A stretch of 64,000 nucleotides of DNA, taken from positions 854 to 64,853 of IMG/VR virus record IMGVR_UViG_3300021256_000014. One strand, 5' to 3'. The notes beneath the pieces were generated by a model. That model was not told where the DNA came from, searched no databases, and saw only the letters and a list, made by a program, of their open reading frames with translations. The stretch is from a virus. The position numbers and the translations under genes are program-made. This document shows, one piece after another, positions 26,592 to 38,200 of the stretch. Every line of letters starts with the position of its first letter. Positions within the stretch are counted from its first letter, which is position 1.

Positions 26592-28142
26592 TCAGATCTC
26601 TTTTACGATTGCCGCAAAATTAGCCTCATGAAGTTTCTCGCAGCGCTTAACCGCCGTCGACTTCTTGGCAAACGGTTTCCCGTCTTTCTTTCGTCTTGAT
26701 ACGACTCTATACCGAGTTCCGTGCTTCTCAACGTCAGCATGGAACCCAGCGTTTTGAATTTTCACAGCCAAATCCGTCGCATTCTTCTTCAACTTAAACG
26801 CTCCAAGCTGGATCTCATAAAGCGGTTTCTTTGCCGGGGCTTCTTCCTTAGGAGCAATCTCCTTGTCATACCGATCAAGACTGTAGCGCTGAATAATGCT
26901 TGAGATCTTGGCAACGTAGTCAGGATCTGTTGCATAGCTGCCATTCTTAATCAGGGTAATAGCTTCAAGATAGTTCTTGCACTTCAGCAGCCCCTCGTAT
27001 CTCTTCTTCTCGCCGTCCATAGCGCCAAGAAGATATGCGGAATGATCCTTGATCGAGTCCTCAATGCTAGGATACTTCCTAAAGAGTGCCTTGATCGTGA
27101 TCATCTTCTTGCCATCCCATTCCTGAGTATCGATCGCAACGCTGCTCTTGCCATCCCAGACGCTCTCCCAGGTATTGCCAGACAGGATCTTTTTCATGCC
27201 AAAGCAGTTATTAGCACTCTTTGCAAGGACAGTCTTTACGTACCCTGACTCAAGGATCATCTGAGCTGCAGTTACCGAGTAAAGGATTCCGCTCTTATCA
27301 TTCTCATGAATCAGTTCAAGAATCTTCTCAGCAGCCTTGCCTTCGGAGATTCCTTCGAAGTCTTTTGCCTGAGTTCCGGCAGGTTTAGTCTTGTTGGCAT
27401 AAACCACTTCTCCTGCTTCGTTAAAGACAGAATATCCATACGGGCATGCTTTCTTAGCATTCTCAACCTGAACATACGCACCAAGCTGAGAGTCTACGTC
27501 TTCCCACTTCTTCCTTACTCTAAACCAAGTAGTGGTGACAATATCCTCATCATCTACTTTCCCGTTCATAGCGTTCGCAACAGCCTGACGGAAGGTATCC
27601 ATGTTAATCCCAAAGCGATCCCATACATGGGTCGGATCCACATGAGCACTAGACAGACCTGCTCTTCTTCCCTCATCATGCGAGGAGATCAGATAAAGGC
27701 CGGACGGAAGCTTCGCCCTCGGGTTCCACTTATGTCTCTTGCAGATCTCAGCGCAAAGCTGCACTGCAGTGTCGTAGCCTCTGAAAATATCCCTTTTAAA
27801 GTTCTCGGCGTTAGTTACAGTGTAGTTAGCTCCGCCGGTATACTTGATAAAGTCAGATTCAGCAATCTCGATCGTGATAAGATTTCGGTTGCCGTATCCT
27901 GCATCTGCCCATGAATAATAATCCTCTGGAAGACACTGATACACCCTTCCGGAAACATCTGCGTCACAAATATAAGTCGTGCAGGCGCTAACGCCGGGCT
28001 GATTCCAGTAGTCGCAAACAGCCTTAGCTGTACCCTGACCGCACCCAATCGTGTGGATCTGGATACCGATCGGGGTACGCTTAGATCCCTTTCTGTAACA
28101 CCTGTTCTTAGTCAGATGATTTTGAATTACGTTAAGTGCCAA
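26592..28142 (-). CDS. modular endolysin: amidase_2 + glucosaminidase (GH73) + SPOR
   Basis: IQIHT...IEIAE...SHDE...HVDP; AQMILESG...NNCFGMK...YATDPDY; YEIQLGAF SPOR. Confidence 0.85.
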   Translation of the reverse strand: MALNVIQNHLTKNRCYRKGSKRTPIGIQIHTIGCGQGTAKAVCDYWNQPGVSACTTYICDADVSGRVYQCLPEDYYSWADAGYGNRNLITIEIAESDFIKYTGGANYTVTNAENFKRDIFRGYDTAVQLCAEICKRHKWNPRAKLPSGLYLISSHDEGRRAGLSSAHVDPTHVWDRFGINMDTFRQAVANAMNGKVDDEDIVTTTWFRVRKKWEDVDSQLGAYVQVENAKKACPYGYSVFNEAGEVVYANKTKPAGTQAKDFEGISEGKAAEKILELIHENDKSGILYSVTAAQMILESGYVKTVLAKSANNCFGMKKILSGNTWESVWDGKSSVAIDTQEWDGKKMITIKALFRKYPSIEDSIKDHSAYLLGAMDGEKKRYEGLLKCKNYLEAITLIKNGSYATDPDYVAKISSIIQRYSLDRYDKEIAPKEEAPAKKPLYEIQLGAFKLKKNATDLAVKIQNAGFHADVEKHGTRYRVVSRRKKDGKPFAKKSTAVKRCEKLHEANFAAIVKEI

Positions 28143-28159
28143 TTTTGATCACCTCCTTA

Positions 28160-28819
28160 TTAAATATTGCGCCCCCACTGAATTGACGAATGAATTGGCG
28201 TGGTAAGGCCTGGGTAAGAGCCATAGAAATGTATTGCCGTGTCGTCAAATTGCAGAGATACCCTACGAGAATCCTCAGCATCCGGAGAATCCTTAACAGC
28301 TCCTGCCAAATAAAAATGGGGCAAGTCATCTCCGGGAACATGATAAAGGGATATTTCGATCTCTAAGTAATCGCTGTCCGGGTCACCATTGACGTACCCG
28401 CCGATTCTAAATGCCGGCGTGACCCTATCTTGCGGATCTAATTCGGTACCAATATCCATAGTAAAGTTTCCCGTACTATCCTCATACGTTGCAGCATGAA
28501 TAGTACCGGAAATCCTGGCTTCGCCTGCTTCGAGATACGCAGCGTTGACGGTTGGGTTAGAGACATTTGATGTAACTACCGCCTGTCTGTTTTTAAGCAT
28601 AACAAGCACTCTGTCGCCTACAGCAACACTTACAGAAGATGCGCAGGGTGTAGAGTCAGTGGCTCCGTCAAATATAACGTCGACCGTCCCGCCCTCGTTA
28701 ATCTTATCTACAGTACCGTAAAGAAAACTTTCGCTCTTCTTCTTGGTAGTATCATTCGTCATCCTGACAAACTCTTTAACCAGTCTGTCTGATAGCTTCG
28801 CCAAAGATATCACCTCCAT
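28160..28819 (-). CDS. minor tail/tail tip protein
   Basis: YGTV...VAVGDRVLVM OB-like N-terminus; tail-module position. Confidence 0.6.
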   Translation of the reverse strand: MEVISLAKLSDRLVKEFVRMTNDTTKKKSESFLYGTVDKINEGGTVDVIFDGATDSTPCASSVSVAVGDRVLVMLKNRQAVVTSNVSNPTVNAAYLEAGEARISGTIHAATYEDSTGNFTMDIGTELDPQDRVTPAFRIGGYVNGDPDSDYLEIEISLYHVPGDDLPHFYLAGAVKDSPDAEDSRRVSLQFDDTAIHFYGSYPGLTTPIHSSIQWGRNI

Positions 28820-29876
28820 AAAGCTTCTTTGTGAAGACAGCCGTCTCCTGAACTGGGCATCCGGGTACGCACTCTATGACCTGCTTTGTAACCTTAGCCT
28901 TAGTGTTTCTAAATCCGGCTCTTGCATAATTGAGCATCACACAGTCGCCAATCCTTACAGGGCAGTATCCGTGCCTGTATGAAAGCTCGAAATCAACAGA
29001 TGACAGACTTACGAGTTTGTTATGGGCATACTCCTCAAGCTGCTCTTGAGTTATTCCGTCAACTACGTCTGGACTGCTGTCCCTGTAAGTAATCCATCTG
29101 CCTCTTGCCTGATACGAAACAATACTCGTATCGTCCTCGTTCTTATCCTCGGCTGTTAAAAACTCTCCGCTGCTTGACGAAAAGACTACCTCTACCCTGT
29201 TCGGTACGCCGAAAATATCACGAGAAGCTGACATGTCTGGATAAAGAATAGAGCTGTTATCATCCGTATAAATCCATCTTGGCTGCATAGCATTTAGATC
29301 CCTGTCGGGAACAAATATAACTCTGCTAAGTTCGTCAAGCCCGAGACTGTACTTGGCGTTCGCAAGAAGGTCTGACACAAAGGTAAGTCTTGAATCGGAA
29401 GGCTCGGATAAAAAATCGCCCGTAAGAGTCGTTGCGTCTTCACACTCTCCAACAGGCGCTCTTAATGATGTGTCAAGCAAAATGCTCCTTGCTCTATCCA
29501 CAACTTTATCCCCTTTCCGTACAGCATAGCCAATCGGCATTTGCTTCTCTGTAAGCTCAATTAGCGGAGTGTAAGCGTCGTGGCTCACCGAATTAACCTT
29601 CCCGTCAAACGATGTGCTCGGCGTCTGGGCAAGAAAAGTCCCAAGGGAAATCTTTTCTTTTTCATCCCCTTGGGTTGCAATAAGGTAAGGCCTTATATAT
29701 TTGTCATTAAGGTCATCGCTTGAATCAATAGACGCACTGCCCAAAGTATCAAGTGTCAAATCTCTTGTGATGCTGCAAGATTTTATCCTCGTTAGCCTCT
29801 CGACATCAAACCATGTGTATGGATCAACAATGTAGTATTCAAAGGTTTGGCGCATGGATTTAGTCCAATCAATCAT
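28776..29876 (-). CDS. minor tail (hub/Tal-like) protein
   Basis: Position; VPNRVEVV and CPVRIGDCV motifs. Confidence 0.7.
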   Translation of the reverse strand: MIDWTKSMRQTFEYYIVDPYTWFDVERLTRIKSCSITRDLTLDTLGSASIDSSDDLNDKYIRPYLIATQGDEKEKISLGTFLAQTPSTSFDGKVNSVSHDAYTPLIELTEKQMPIGYAVRKGDKVVDRARSILLDTSLRAPVGECEDATTLTGDFLSEPSDSRLTFVSDLLANAKYSLGLDELSRVIFVPDRDLNAMQPRWIYTDDNSSILYPDMSASRDIFGVPNRVEVVFSSSSGEFLTAEDKNEDDTSIVSYQARGRWITYRDSSPDVVDGITQEQLEEYAHNKLVSLSSVDFELSYRHGYCPVRIGDCVMLNYARAGFRNTKAKVTKQVIECVPGCPVQETAVFTKKLYGGDIFGEAIRQTG

Positions 29877-32228
29877 TTAAGCGCCTCCTTCCACCCTTGT
29901 GATCGAGAACGTTACCGGTATGCTCGCCTTGCCGTGCGTTATGTTATACGAAACTTTAACATTAGCCCAGTATCCTGTGCCATACGGCTCTCTTACATAT
30001 ACGTCGCCGGGGTAAATAGCCAAAGCTCTGATTTTTGCAAGAGTATCGACGTCGCTTCTTGGAATCTCTGCGTTCCACCTTGAGGTAGAGCCTTCCTGCG
30101 TTCCGTAGTAACTCACCGGATGGCGCCTTCCTATATATTCAATTAAAGATACATCTGGTGAAATATCATCAGATACATCAATATTATAAGGAAGTCTTAG
30201 AACCGTCCCCGCCCACTCGTCAACAACGTCGTTATAAACCTCGGGATCTACGAAGAACGATCTCACATCGCCGTCCCACTGTATTACAGCACATCCTGCA
30301 TTAACGGGAATTGGCTCCGGGTCCTCGTAGAAAACAACACCGGTCTTTAAATCAGTTGCTACAATTCTGTATCTTGCGTAATCCAAAGACGGATGAGGAT
30401 CGGTTACGGTGAGATTATCTCCCGCATCAATCCCTGACTGAATCAAAGTTAAATGGCTGTCGTAGTCGATTCGATATACGGCAAGGGTAAAACCTTTTCT
30501 ATACTCAAATTCCCACTCGTCAGAACAAAACGGCCTGATGTAGGCTGTTAAAGTCGTTTCGTTAATGGAAATATCAGCGCCTGGGCTCCAGCTGGGAACC
30601 TCCCACTTCGCCTTGAAAGAACTTTCCGCTTCGGCTGTCAGCCCATTTTGCATCGCCACGCTCATTCTAACCGTGTACGTAGTTCCTTCGTTTAAATATA
30701 AATCGCCTGGATTAAGCTCGATTAAGAGCTCATGGTCCGAAGATGCGATGTAATTCGAATAGATCTCCTCATCGATGTTGACGTGGACTTCCATTCCATC
30801 GTCTCCGGAAATATCATACTCCTCGTTCGACGTAATCGATATGGTGTACGCCACAGGAGTTTGAGACGGCGGAGTTGCGAGTGCATTTATTTTAATTGGA
30901 AACGACTCAACTACCGCATCAGTCTCTTCAGGATCTGCAACACCAACACCAAAGGATATACCGGGAGGCGAATAAACAACTGCCTCACGATACTCAGACC
31001 AATCTGACCACTCGTCTGCGATACCGGATATGCCTTTCGTACAAACTCTCCAGCTAATCTTATCGCTGTCCTGAAGCGTACTTGTATCGTAACTGTAACT
31101 GTTCTCGGTCGTGAGCGTGATCACGGTTTCTTCCTGATCGTTAATCTTGATTCCTACCTTAGCGCCAGACTGCTCTGACCCATCTTCAGAGCTGTGAGCC
31201 CAGTTTATGACAATCGGATCGCCGAGCTTTCCAACACTCGTATAAGACCAAACGGTCGGTACGTCAGGTTTCTTTCCAACAGGAACATCCTTAACGTCCG
31301 ACCATTCGCCTTCGCTTCCGTTGTCACTTCCAACGCCCCTCAGCCTGAAATACCATTTTTCCTTCCCCTCCTCTACCGTAAGAGAAGACGCCGGAAAATG
31401 AGTTGCTTTAATGTTGTCCTGCCTCTGAATTGAGCTGCTCTCTGTATCAAAGACAGGAACGCCATCAATTGTTTCGTTTGTATACTCAAGGGTATACGAT
31501 TCCGCACCTGGTAAAGCATCCCACCTGACATCAACCGTCCCAAACGTTATTGTAACAAGGTCGTTAATTGTAGCCTTATCGGGCGGGGTATACTTATTCT
31601 CAGAATAGCTACTCCAGTCACTTGTTTCGCCATGCTTTCCATAAGCAAAAGCCCTTGCTTTATAGCGGTGCCCGCCAACTTTGGCCTGATCATAGGTTAC
31701 GCTCGCAACGCCAATGTTCACCTTATTCTTCATGATAGTCGCTTCGGGCGAACTGACAACGGTCGAATCATCCTCGACTATCTGAAACTTAAGTTTTCCA
31801 TTTGAGTGCTCGTTTTGATAATTTGTAATGCTCGCCGTTACGATATACCCATTCGAGCCTTTAGAAATACTAACATCATGTATGCTTGGCGCGGACGGCG
31901 TGGTGTCTGTACTGCCAGCGGGAACGTTTCTTTCGTTAGTCAGAGCCTTGCCTACCCATTTAGCTTTGTTGCCTGGGTTCGGCTTTACAGAAACTCTAAC
32001 TTTAAGAGCATTGGAGGGCGGAGAATATGTCGCGTTTGACTCTTTCGTGGTGCTGCTGGAGCCGGTAAACCAAATGCCTTTGTTTCCAGTATAGTAATAC
32101 CAGGTAACTGCATAGCCGTCCTGTTTCGAATAAGAAGTTCTTTTCCAAGTCGAGAATATAGTTCTTGTGGTTCCGGCCTGAATTCCTATAGTTGGTCTCG
32201 CCTTTAAAGCTCTCTTCTTTTTAGCCAT
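29877..32228 (-). CDS. minor tail protein with fibronectin-III repeats
   Basis: Follows TMP; V.W...GAESYTLEY, WYFRLRG, SEWS FN3 patterns. Confidence 0.7.
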   Translation of the reverse strand: MAKKKRALKARPTIGIQAGTTRTIFSTWKRTSYSKQDGYAVTWYYYTGNKGIWFTGSSSTTKESNATYSPPSNALKVRVSVKPNPGNKAKWVGKALTNERNVPAGSTDTTPSAPSIHDVSISKGSNGYIVTASITNYQNEHSNGKLKFQIVEDDSTVVSSPEATIMKNKVNIGVASVTYDQAKVGGHRYKARAFAYGKHGETSDWSSYSENKYTPPDKATINDLVTITFGTVDVRWDALPGAESYTLEYTNETIDGVPVFDTESSSIQRQDNIKATHFPASSLTVEEGKEKWYFRLRGVGSDNGSEGEWSDVKDVPVGKKPDVPTVWSYTSVGKLGDPIVINWAHSSEDGSEQSGAKVGIKINDQEETVITLTTENSYSYDTSTLQDSDKISWRVCTKGISGIADEWSDWSEYREAVVYSPPGISFGVGVADPEETDAVVESFPIKINALATPPSQTPVAYTISITSNEEYDISGDDGMEVHVNIDEEIYSNYIASSDHELLIELNPGDLYLNEGTTYTVRMSVAMQNGLTAEAESSFKAKWEVPSWSPGADISINETTLTAYIRPFCSDEWEFEYRKGFTLAVYRIDYDSHLTLIQSGIDAGDNLTVTDPHPSLDYARYRIVATDLKTGVVFYEDPEPIPVNAGCAVIQWDGDVRSFFVDPEVYNDVVDEWAGTVLRLPYNIDVSDDISPDVSLIEYIGRRHPVSYYGTQEGSTSRWNAEIPRSDVDTLAKIRALAIYPGDVYVREPYGTGYWANVKVSYNITHGKASIPVTFSITRVEGGA

Positions 32229-32234
32229 ACTCTA

Positions 32235-35200
32235 TCACGCCCTCCTTTCTACTCTAGCTGCCCTGATGATATCTCCAACCGCCGAGGCGATATTCGATCC
32301 ATCGTCATAAGTTACTCCATTGATATTGTAAGTATCCCCAGGTCTGCCGGAAGATAGATTATCTCCAAGTTTGCCCAAGGCATTTAGAATATCAGCGTTG
32401 CTGTTCCTTTCCCTTATAGCCTCCGCGTTCTCTCCAATAGCACTGAAGTTGCTAAGAAGCGTTGGGGAAGTGGGCATAAGCGATGCAATCCTGCTTGCCC
32501 CGTCTCGAACCTGAGAAAGGTCAAGGATCGGAGTAATTATAGGCTGTTCGTTACCTGTTCCTGCTAAAATATCATTCGTAGCGGCAACTGCTCTCCTGAC
32601 GCCATCAAGTGCCATGTTTGCGACATTTGATGCTGCATTTGATACCACGCTAGAATATCCGCCGATACCCTTTACAAGACCAAGGTCAAAGAATCTACCA
32701 AGCTTCTCGGTTTCTCTTGAAGGAGAATGAGAATCAAGCGTTCGCCTTGTAGCTTCCAGAGCCGCTTTTGCCACCTCTATAGCGGCATTAATTGCAGAAT
32801 ACTTATTAAGTCTTATACCCTGCCCCAGACCAGATGAGAAGTTCCATCCAGCTGTGGTAAAGGACGACTTATAACCTTCAGCAGCGCTTAAAGCACTATC
32901 AAGTGCTGCTTTAAGAGACGACTTGATAGACCCCGCACCATTGATAATAGCAAGCCCAATCTTGGCCGTCATTGATGTACCAATACTGCCAAAACCAGAT
33001 GTATCAATACTTCCAAGAGCGCTTGATAAAGCTGATGATACGCCGGAGGAAATAGAGCTGGAATCGATGTTACTTGTAATATTACTTGTAATATCTTTTC
33101 CAGTATCAGATCCGGCGTCTGTATTTGAAAGATTTTGAGAAGCTTTCGACAGGTCTGCCGAGTTAATTTTACTCAAGGCGCCTGTAAACTTATCAACGCC
33201 GCTCGTGTCAATATCAGCAAGCCCCTCTATCATGGAGCGAAGTGTATCGATATTGGTCTTAACCTTTGACACAATATCGTCATTTGTAAGATCACCCTCG
33301 CCAAACTTGACATTGGCAAGAAGTGACGCTCCCGATGCCAGCTGTTTTACCGCAAGTGCTACAGCTGAGAACGAGTCAACATCGGTAAAGGACGTTGAGA
33401 ATGTGTTAAGGTTGGGAACAATATCAACAAGCTCCTGCGCAAAGTTAGTAAGAACGCCATCGTGGAACCAGCCACCAAAGTCAACATCGCCAAGAGCAAC
33501 GCCAACTTCAGCCAGTTTCTTGATAGCATCCGTTGCAACCGTCATCTTCTCGGAGTCGAAATCTTCTCCAAGAGAGTTGGCAAAATCGTTAATAGCTCCG
33601 CCAAGACCTTTAATTCCTTCAGTAAATGAAGTATAGTCGGGCGAGGTGTCGGCGCCAAAGAAGCCAAGAATACTATTAAGAATTCCGCCTTCTTTGATCG
33701 TATCCAGAGCCTCTTTAAGCTTTGCGATATCATCTGTCGGGACTGTAAGCCCATCAAGAGGCGCCATATCGGTCTGCCAGTCAACAAGGGCGGTTGACAG
33801 CGTGCCCATATCTTCTGCAAACTGAGTAACCTGGGTCTTATCGTCTTCGCCAAGAAGAAGGCTTCCAAGACTTGTTAAAAGACCCTGCAGGCTAATCTGA
33901 CCAATAATATCAATAATGTCGTCAAGAGCCGTGGTGTCGATCTCAATACCATCAAACTCGCTCATTGCCGTAGCGTAATCAGTAAATCCTGTAGCGAGCG
34001 TCGACATGTCCTCGGCAACAAGCGTAACAGCTGCTTTTCCAGTCCACGCTTCAGTAAGCTGAGACGTAAGACCGTCAACAAGACCCGAAAGAGATGCCGC
34101 CGTTACGGCGCCTATTGCATCCGTCAGGGGCTGAGTATCAATCTCAATTCCTTCAAAGGAAGCCATAGCCGTAGCATAGTTTGTAAAGCCCTCGGCAAGC
34201 GCCGTCATATCATCGGCGACCATCTGCACTGCGGTCTTTCCAGTCACCATTTCAGTAACGATGGAAGTAAGACCGTCAATAAATCCGCCAATAGACGCCG
34301 CTACAACCGCTCCGATAGCATCCATTAACGGCTGAGTATCAATTTCGATACCATCCACGCTGTCCATAGCCGTCTGGTATTCGACAAACGCAGAAGACAA
34401 TGCGACCATGTCGTCCGCGAGCATCTGAGCTGAGGATTTACCCTCCTCAATTTCAGACACAATAGACAGAAGCGAATCTGCAAAGCCAACTGCAGAAACG
34501 CCAAGAATTGCCCCAAGTGCTTCGGCTAGCGGCCCAATATCAACCATACCGATTTCGTTAAGTCCGCTAAGGTTACTCATGAAATCAGTAATATCCTGCC
34601 CGATTTGTGGAAGAGCGTCAAACAGTTCGGTGCCGATTCCAGCAAAGAATGCCCCAACAGCTTCTCCAAGCCCTCCAAGAACCATTTTTATAATATCAAG
34701 GCCCGTTTGGATCGTTGACATCTGATCGCCGCCAAGCGCACCGATAGCCCATGCAAGAAGTGTAAATGCAGCAATGAACGCTGCCATCACGACCAGCCCA
34801 AGAAGTGCTGGGCCTGCTGCCGTTCCTGCCGCTACAGCGCCATACATCGCAACGCCAAGGCCTGCAAATATCAATCCAAGCCCCGCCGCTATCTGAGCAA
34901 CAGTTTCGGGGTTTGGAAGGGTTGCAAGCAGAAACAGTACTGTTCCGATAGCCGCGATGAGAACGGTCATCATTAAAAGCGACGTCAGAGCCGGTTTAAC
35001 CTTTCCTGTAACCCCTGCTAGTACCGTAAGCATTAAAAGAATTACACTAATTGCCGCAACTGGTGCTATTAGTGCGGTTGGTTTGATTAATGATAAAATC
35101 GCGAGCGAGGCTGCTATGGCTAATATCACAGCCGCAAGCCCCACCATCGTGCCGAGACCTTTTTCAATTCCTTTGGCAGATTTTACCACCAACGCTAAGG

Positions 35201-38200
35201 CCAACATAATAGTGCCAAGAGCAAGTACGCTCTTAAGAAGGGCACCTGGCTTAATCTTTGAAATAATCCATAAAGCAGCGCCTATTGCCAATATACAGGC
35301 AGCAAGCCCCGCAATGCCAATTGAAATAGAAAGACCATCTTCGCCGACAGCCTTCTTCATAAGTTTCATGATTGCCCAAAGAGCAATTACAATTGGTACA
35401 AGTTTTAATAACCCATTAAGAATTCGGCCAAAGGGCAGGAAAGACAAAAGCATGATAAGGCCAACCAAAGCGTAAAGCGATATTATGACGCTCATCATAG
35501 ATTTTGCAGCGGCAAGACCTTTTGTTCCACCACTTACCTTCTGCATGGCTTTCATCATGACGAGCATTGCAATGAACAAAACTGCCGCTCCTCCAAGACC
35601 TGCAAGTGCTGTCGGCAGATCGTTCAGGACCACCTTCCCAATTAGCACAATGGCAAGAATTGCGAGAATCATGGATCCAGCCATCGATGACACTAGCGCC
35701 GACGCAGCAATCATTTTCTTCGGGTTAAGCTTATCCATTGACTTTGCAAACGCCGTAAGCATGAGCATCATCGCACCAATGGTGGCAACACCTTTGATGA
35801 TGTCGGTCAGCTTTATGCCGGCAAGAATCTTTAATGTTACTGCAAATAGCACAAACGCCCCAGCCATCTCAAGCAGTGCTGCTTTATTGAGGAAATTGGC
35901 TTTAGATTTGTGCTCTGCCGCCATTGAAGAAATCAGCTGTTCTATCGGCTTAACCAAAGTTCCGATAAACTTAAGGCCTTTAAATGCAAGAAGCGCCGCA
36001 ACAATTCCAAGAATCTGCTCCGGCTTTATGCCAGTTACAAATTTAGCAAGCTTTTTAAAGAAGCCAAACAGAACCGATCCAAGCGTCTTCGAGCCGCTCT
36101 TTACGCCTTCTTTCTTCTTTGTAAAGAAATCAATTATCTTCTGAAACGCTTCGGGGAACGAGAAATTGGTAACAGCATTCTTAATGCCTTTAAAGAATGC
36201 GACTATCCTGTTTTTGATTTCACCAACGTTTACCCCAAGCTCGGCAAGTTTTTCCTTGACCTTTTCTTTAATTGTGGCAAAGGCGGTAACAATAGGCTCA
36301 AATATCTTACTGTCTTTAAAATATTTAACTACAGTTTCTTTAAAAGCCTTCCAGATTTTGCCCAGATTACTGAATTTAATACCGCCAAGACTCTTTACTT
36401 TTTCGATAAACTCTCCAAATTTAGCCTTAGCGCCTTCGACAAACGCGGGGATGCTCTTAAAGAACGATCCAATCGCAGTTCCAAGAGTAGTAAAAATATC
36501 TACTAAAAACTTACCAATCTTATGCTCTTCAAAAAAGTCATGGACTCCGTTCTTTATAGCTCTTAGTTTATCCTTAACTGCCTGAATTTTAAGAAGAAGC
36601 CCGGTCCAGATCTTTCCAAAAGCGTTTAAAGAACCGTCAGCATTCTTTCCAAGATTTAAGAAAAAGTTACTGACGGTCGTCTTTATGGTTGAAAGGCCGT
36701 TTTTAATCTTTTCGCCAATCCCCGACAGGGAAATGTTTTCTTTAAGATTAGAAAACGCCTTCTTGATGCCGGAGAAAATATCAATCTTATTGCCTTCTTC
36801 ATCGATCCCCTCAAAAGCAAGGGTCATGTCATCTTTAAATCTGGTAGCACTGTCAGAAAGTTTCCCGAAAGTATTCTTGGTTCCGTCTTCTTTCTTGCCA
36901 AGACCGGTAAAGAAATCTTTTATAGTTGTTCCAAGTGTTTTGAAAGAACCCTTAAAGTTCTTTACAAGAGTGCTTGCGGAAATATCTTTCCAAAGACCCT
37001 GAAATGCTAACTTAATACCCTTAAAGAATTCCTCAGGAGACTTGGTATTAGAAAACGCATTTACAACTCTGTCTTTAAACGTCCCAAAACTCTTCCCCAC
37101 ATTATCTAAAATGTTCGGGAAATTGTCGTAAATATAGCTAAACGCATCGCCAAAGCTATTAAGCACTCGCTGTACTCCGGGAAGAGCTTTAAATGCATCA
37201 AACCAGCCTTTAATCTTCCCTGTCACCACGCCAACGCCAGTTTCAATAGCACCAAACGTCTTCTCGACTATCTGATTTTGAACTGCCCAGTCATGGAGCA
37301 TGGTAAGAAGATTGCCAAGCTTAGTGATAAAGCCGCCGATAGGACCTGCCAGAGCGTTGAATATAGCCCCAAGCCCCTTAAATACCGTTCCAAGAAGCCT
37401 CTTTCCAACGCTAAGTAGAAGAGAAAAGACAGAGAATATGCCACGAAATGCGTTGCCAATGTTCTCTGCGTTCTTCAGAGCAAATCTCCTAAGCGCTTTA
37501 GACGCATCGTTTATAGCCCTTGCGATGTTGTAGATCATATCTCCGGTAGCAGGCGGAAACACATCGTCCCACGCACCTTTAATAGACCCTGCAATCTTCT
37601 TAAACGCAAATATGCTAGTAACAATCGAATCAAAGAGAAGCTCTCTGCCGCTCTTTTTGAGTGATTTTGAATCCACTTTGTCGATAATGTTGTCAAACTC
37701 TCCTGAGGTTCCTTTCATGGATTCCTCAAGCCCGACATTAGCAGCGGCCTGCTCCCTAATGGCATCGGTAACATTCCAGGTACCGCCGGAAAGCTTGTAA
37801 AGCTCATTTACATACGCCTGAACTTTCTCGCCGTCAAATCCTTCTTCGTTAAGCTGAGCAATTCGCTCGGGCATATTGTTTCCGAAATCACCCTTGATGA
37901 CGCGATCGGCGGCCTCGTTTATCTCATCGAGGCTCTTGCTCATACCATCGCCGTCAACGCCCTCGCTGTTTAGCCTTTTTACAGCATCAGCGAGCATGTC
38001 AGTGCTAAGCCAGCCCTCTTTTAACGAGTTCATGAACCCAACGAAGTTATCTGATTCAAAAGCAACACCGTTGGCTTTTCCAACTTCCATAAGCTCCTTA
38101 TAAAGGAGTTTTGTCTGTCTTGTGGAAAGGTCAAGATTCTTCCAGTACTCAGCCGTTACGGCCTCTGTAGGCTTGCCAAGACCTTCTTTAAGGAGATTAT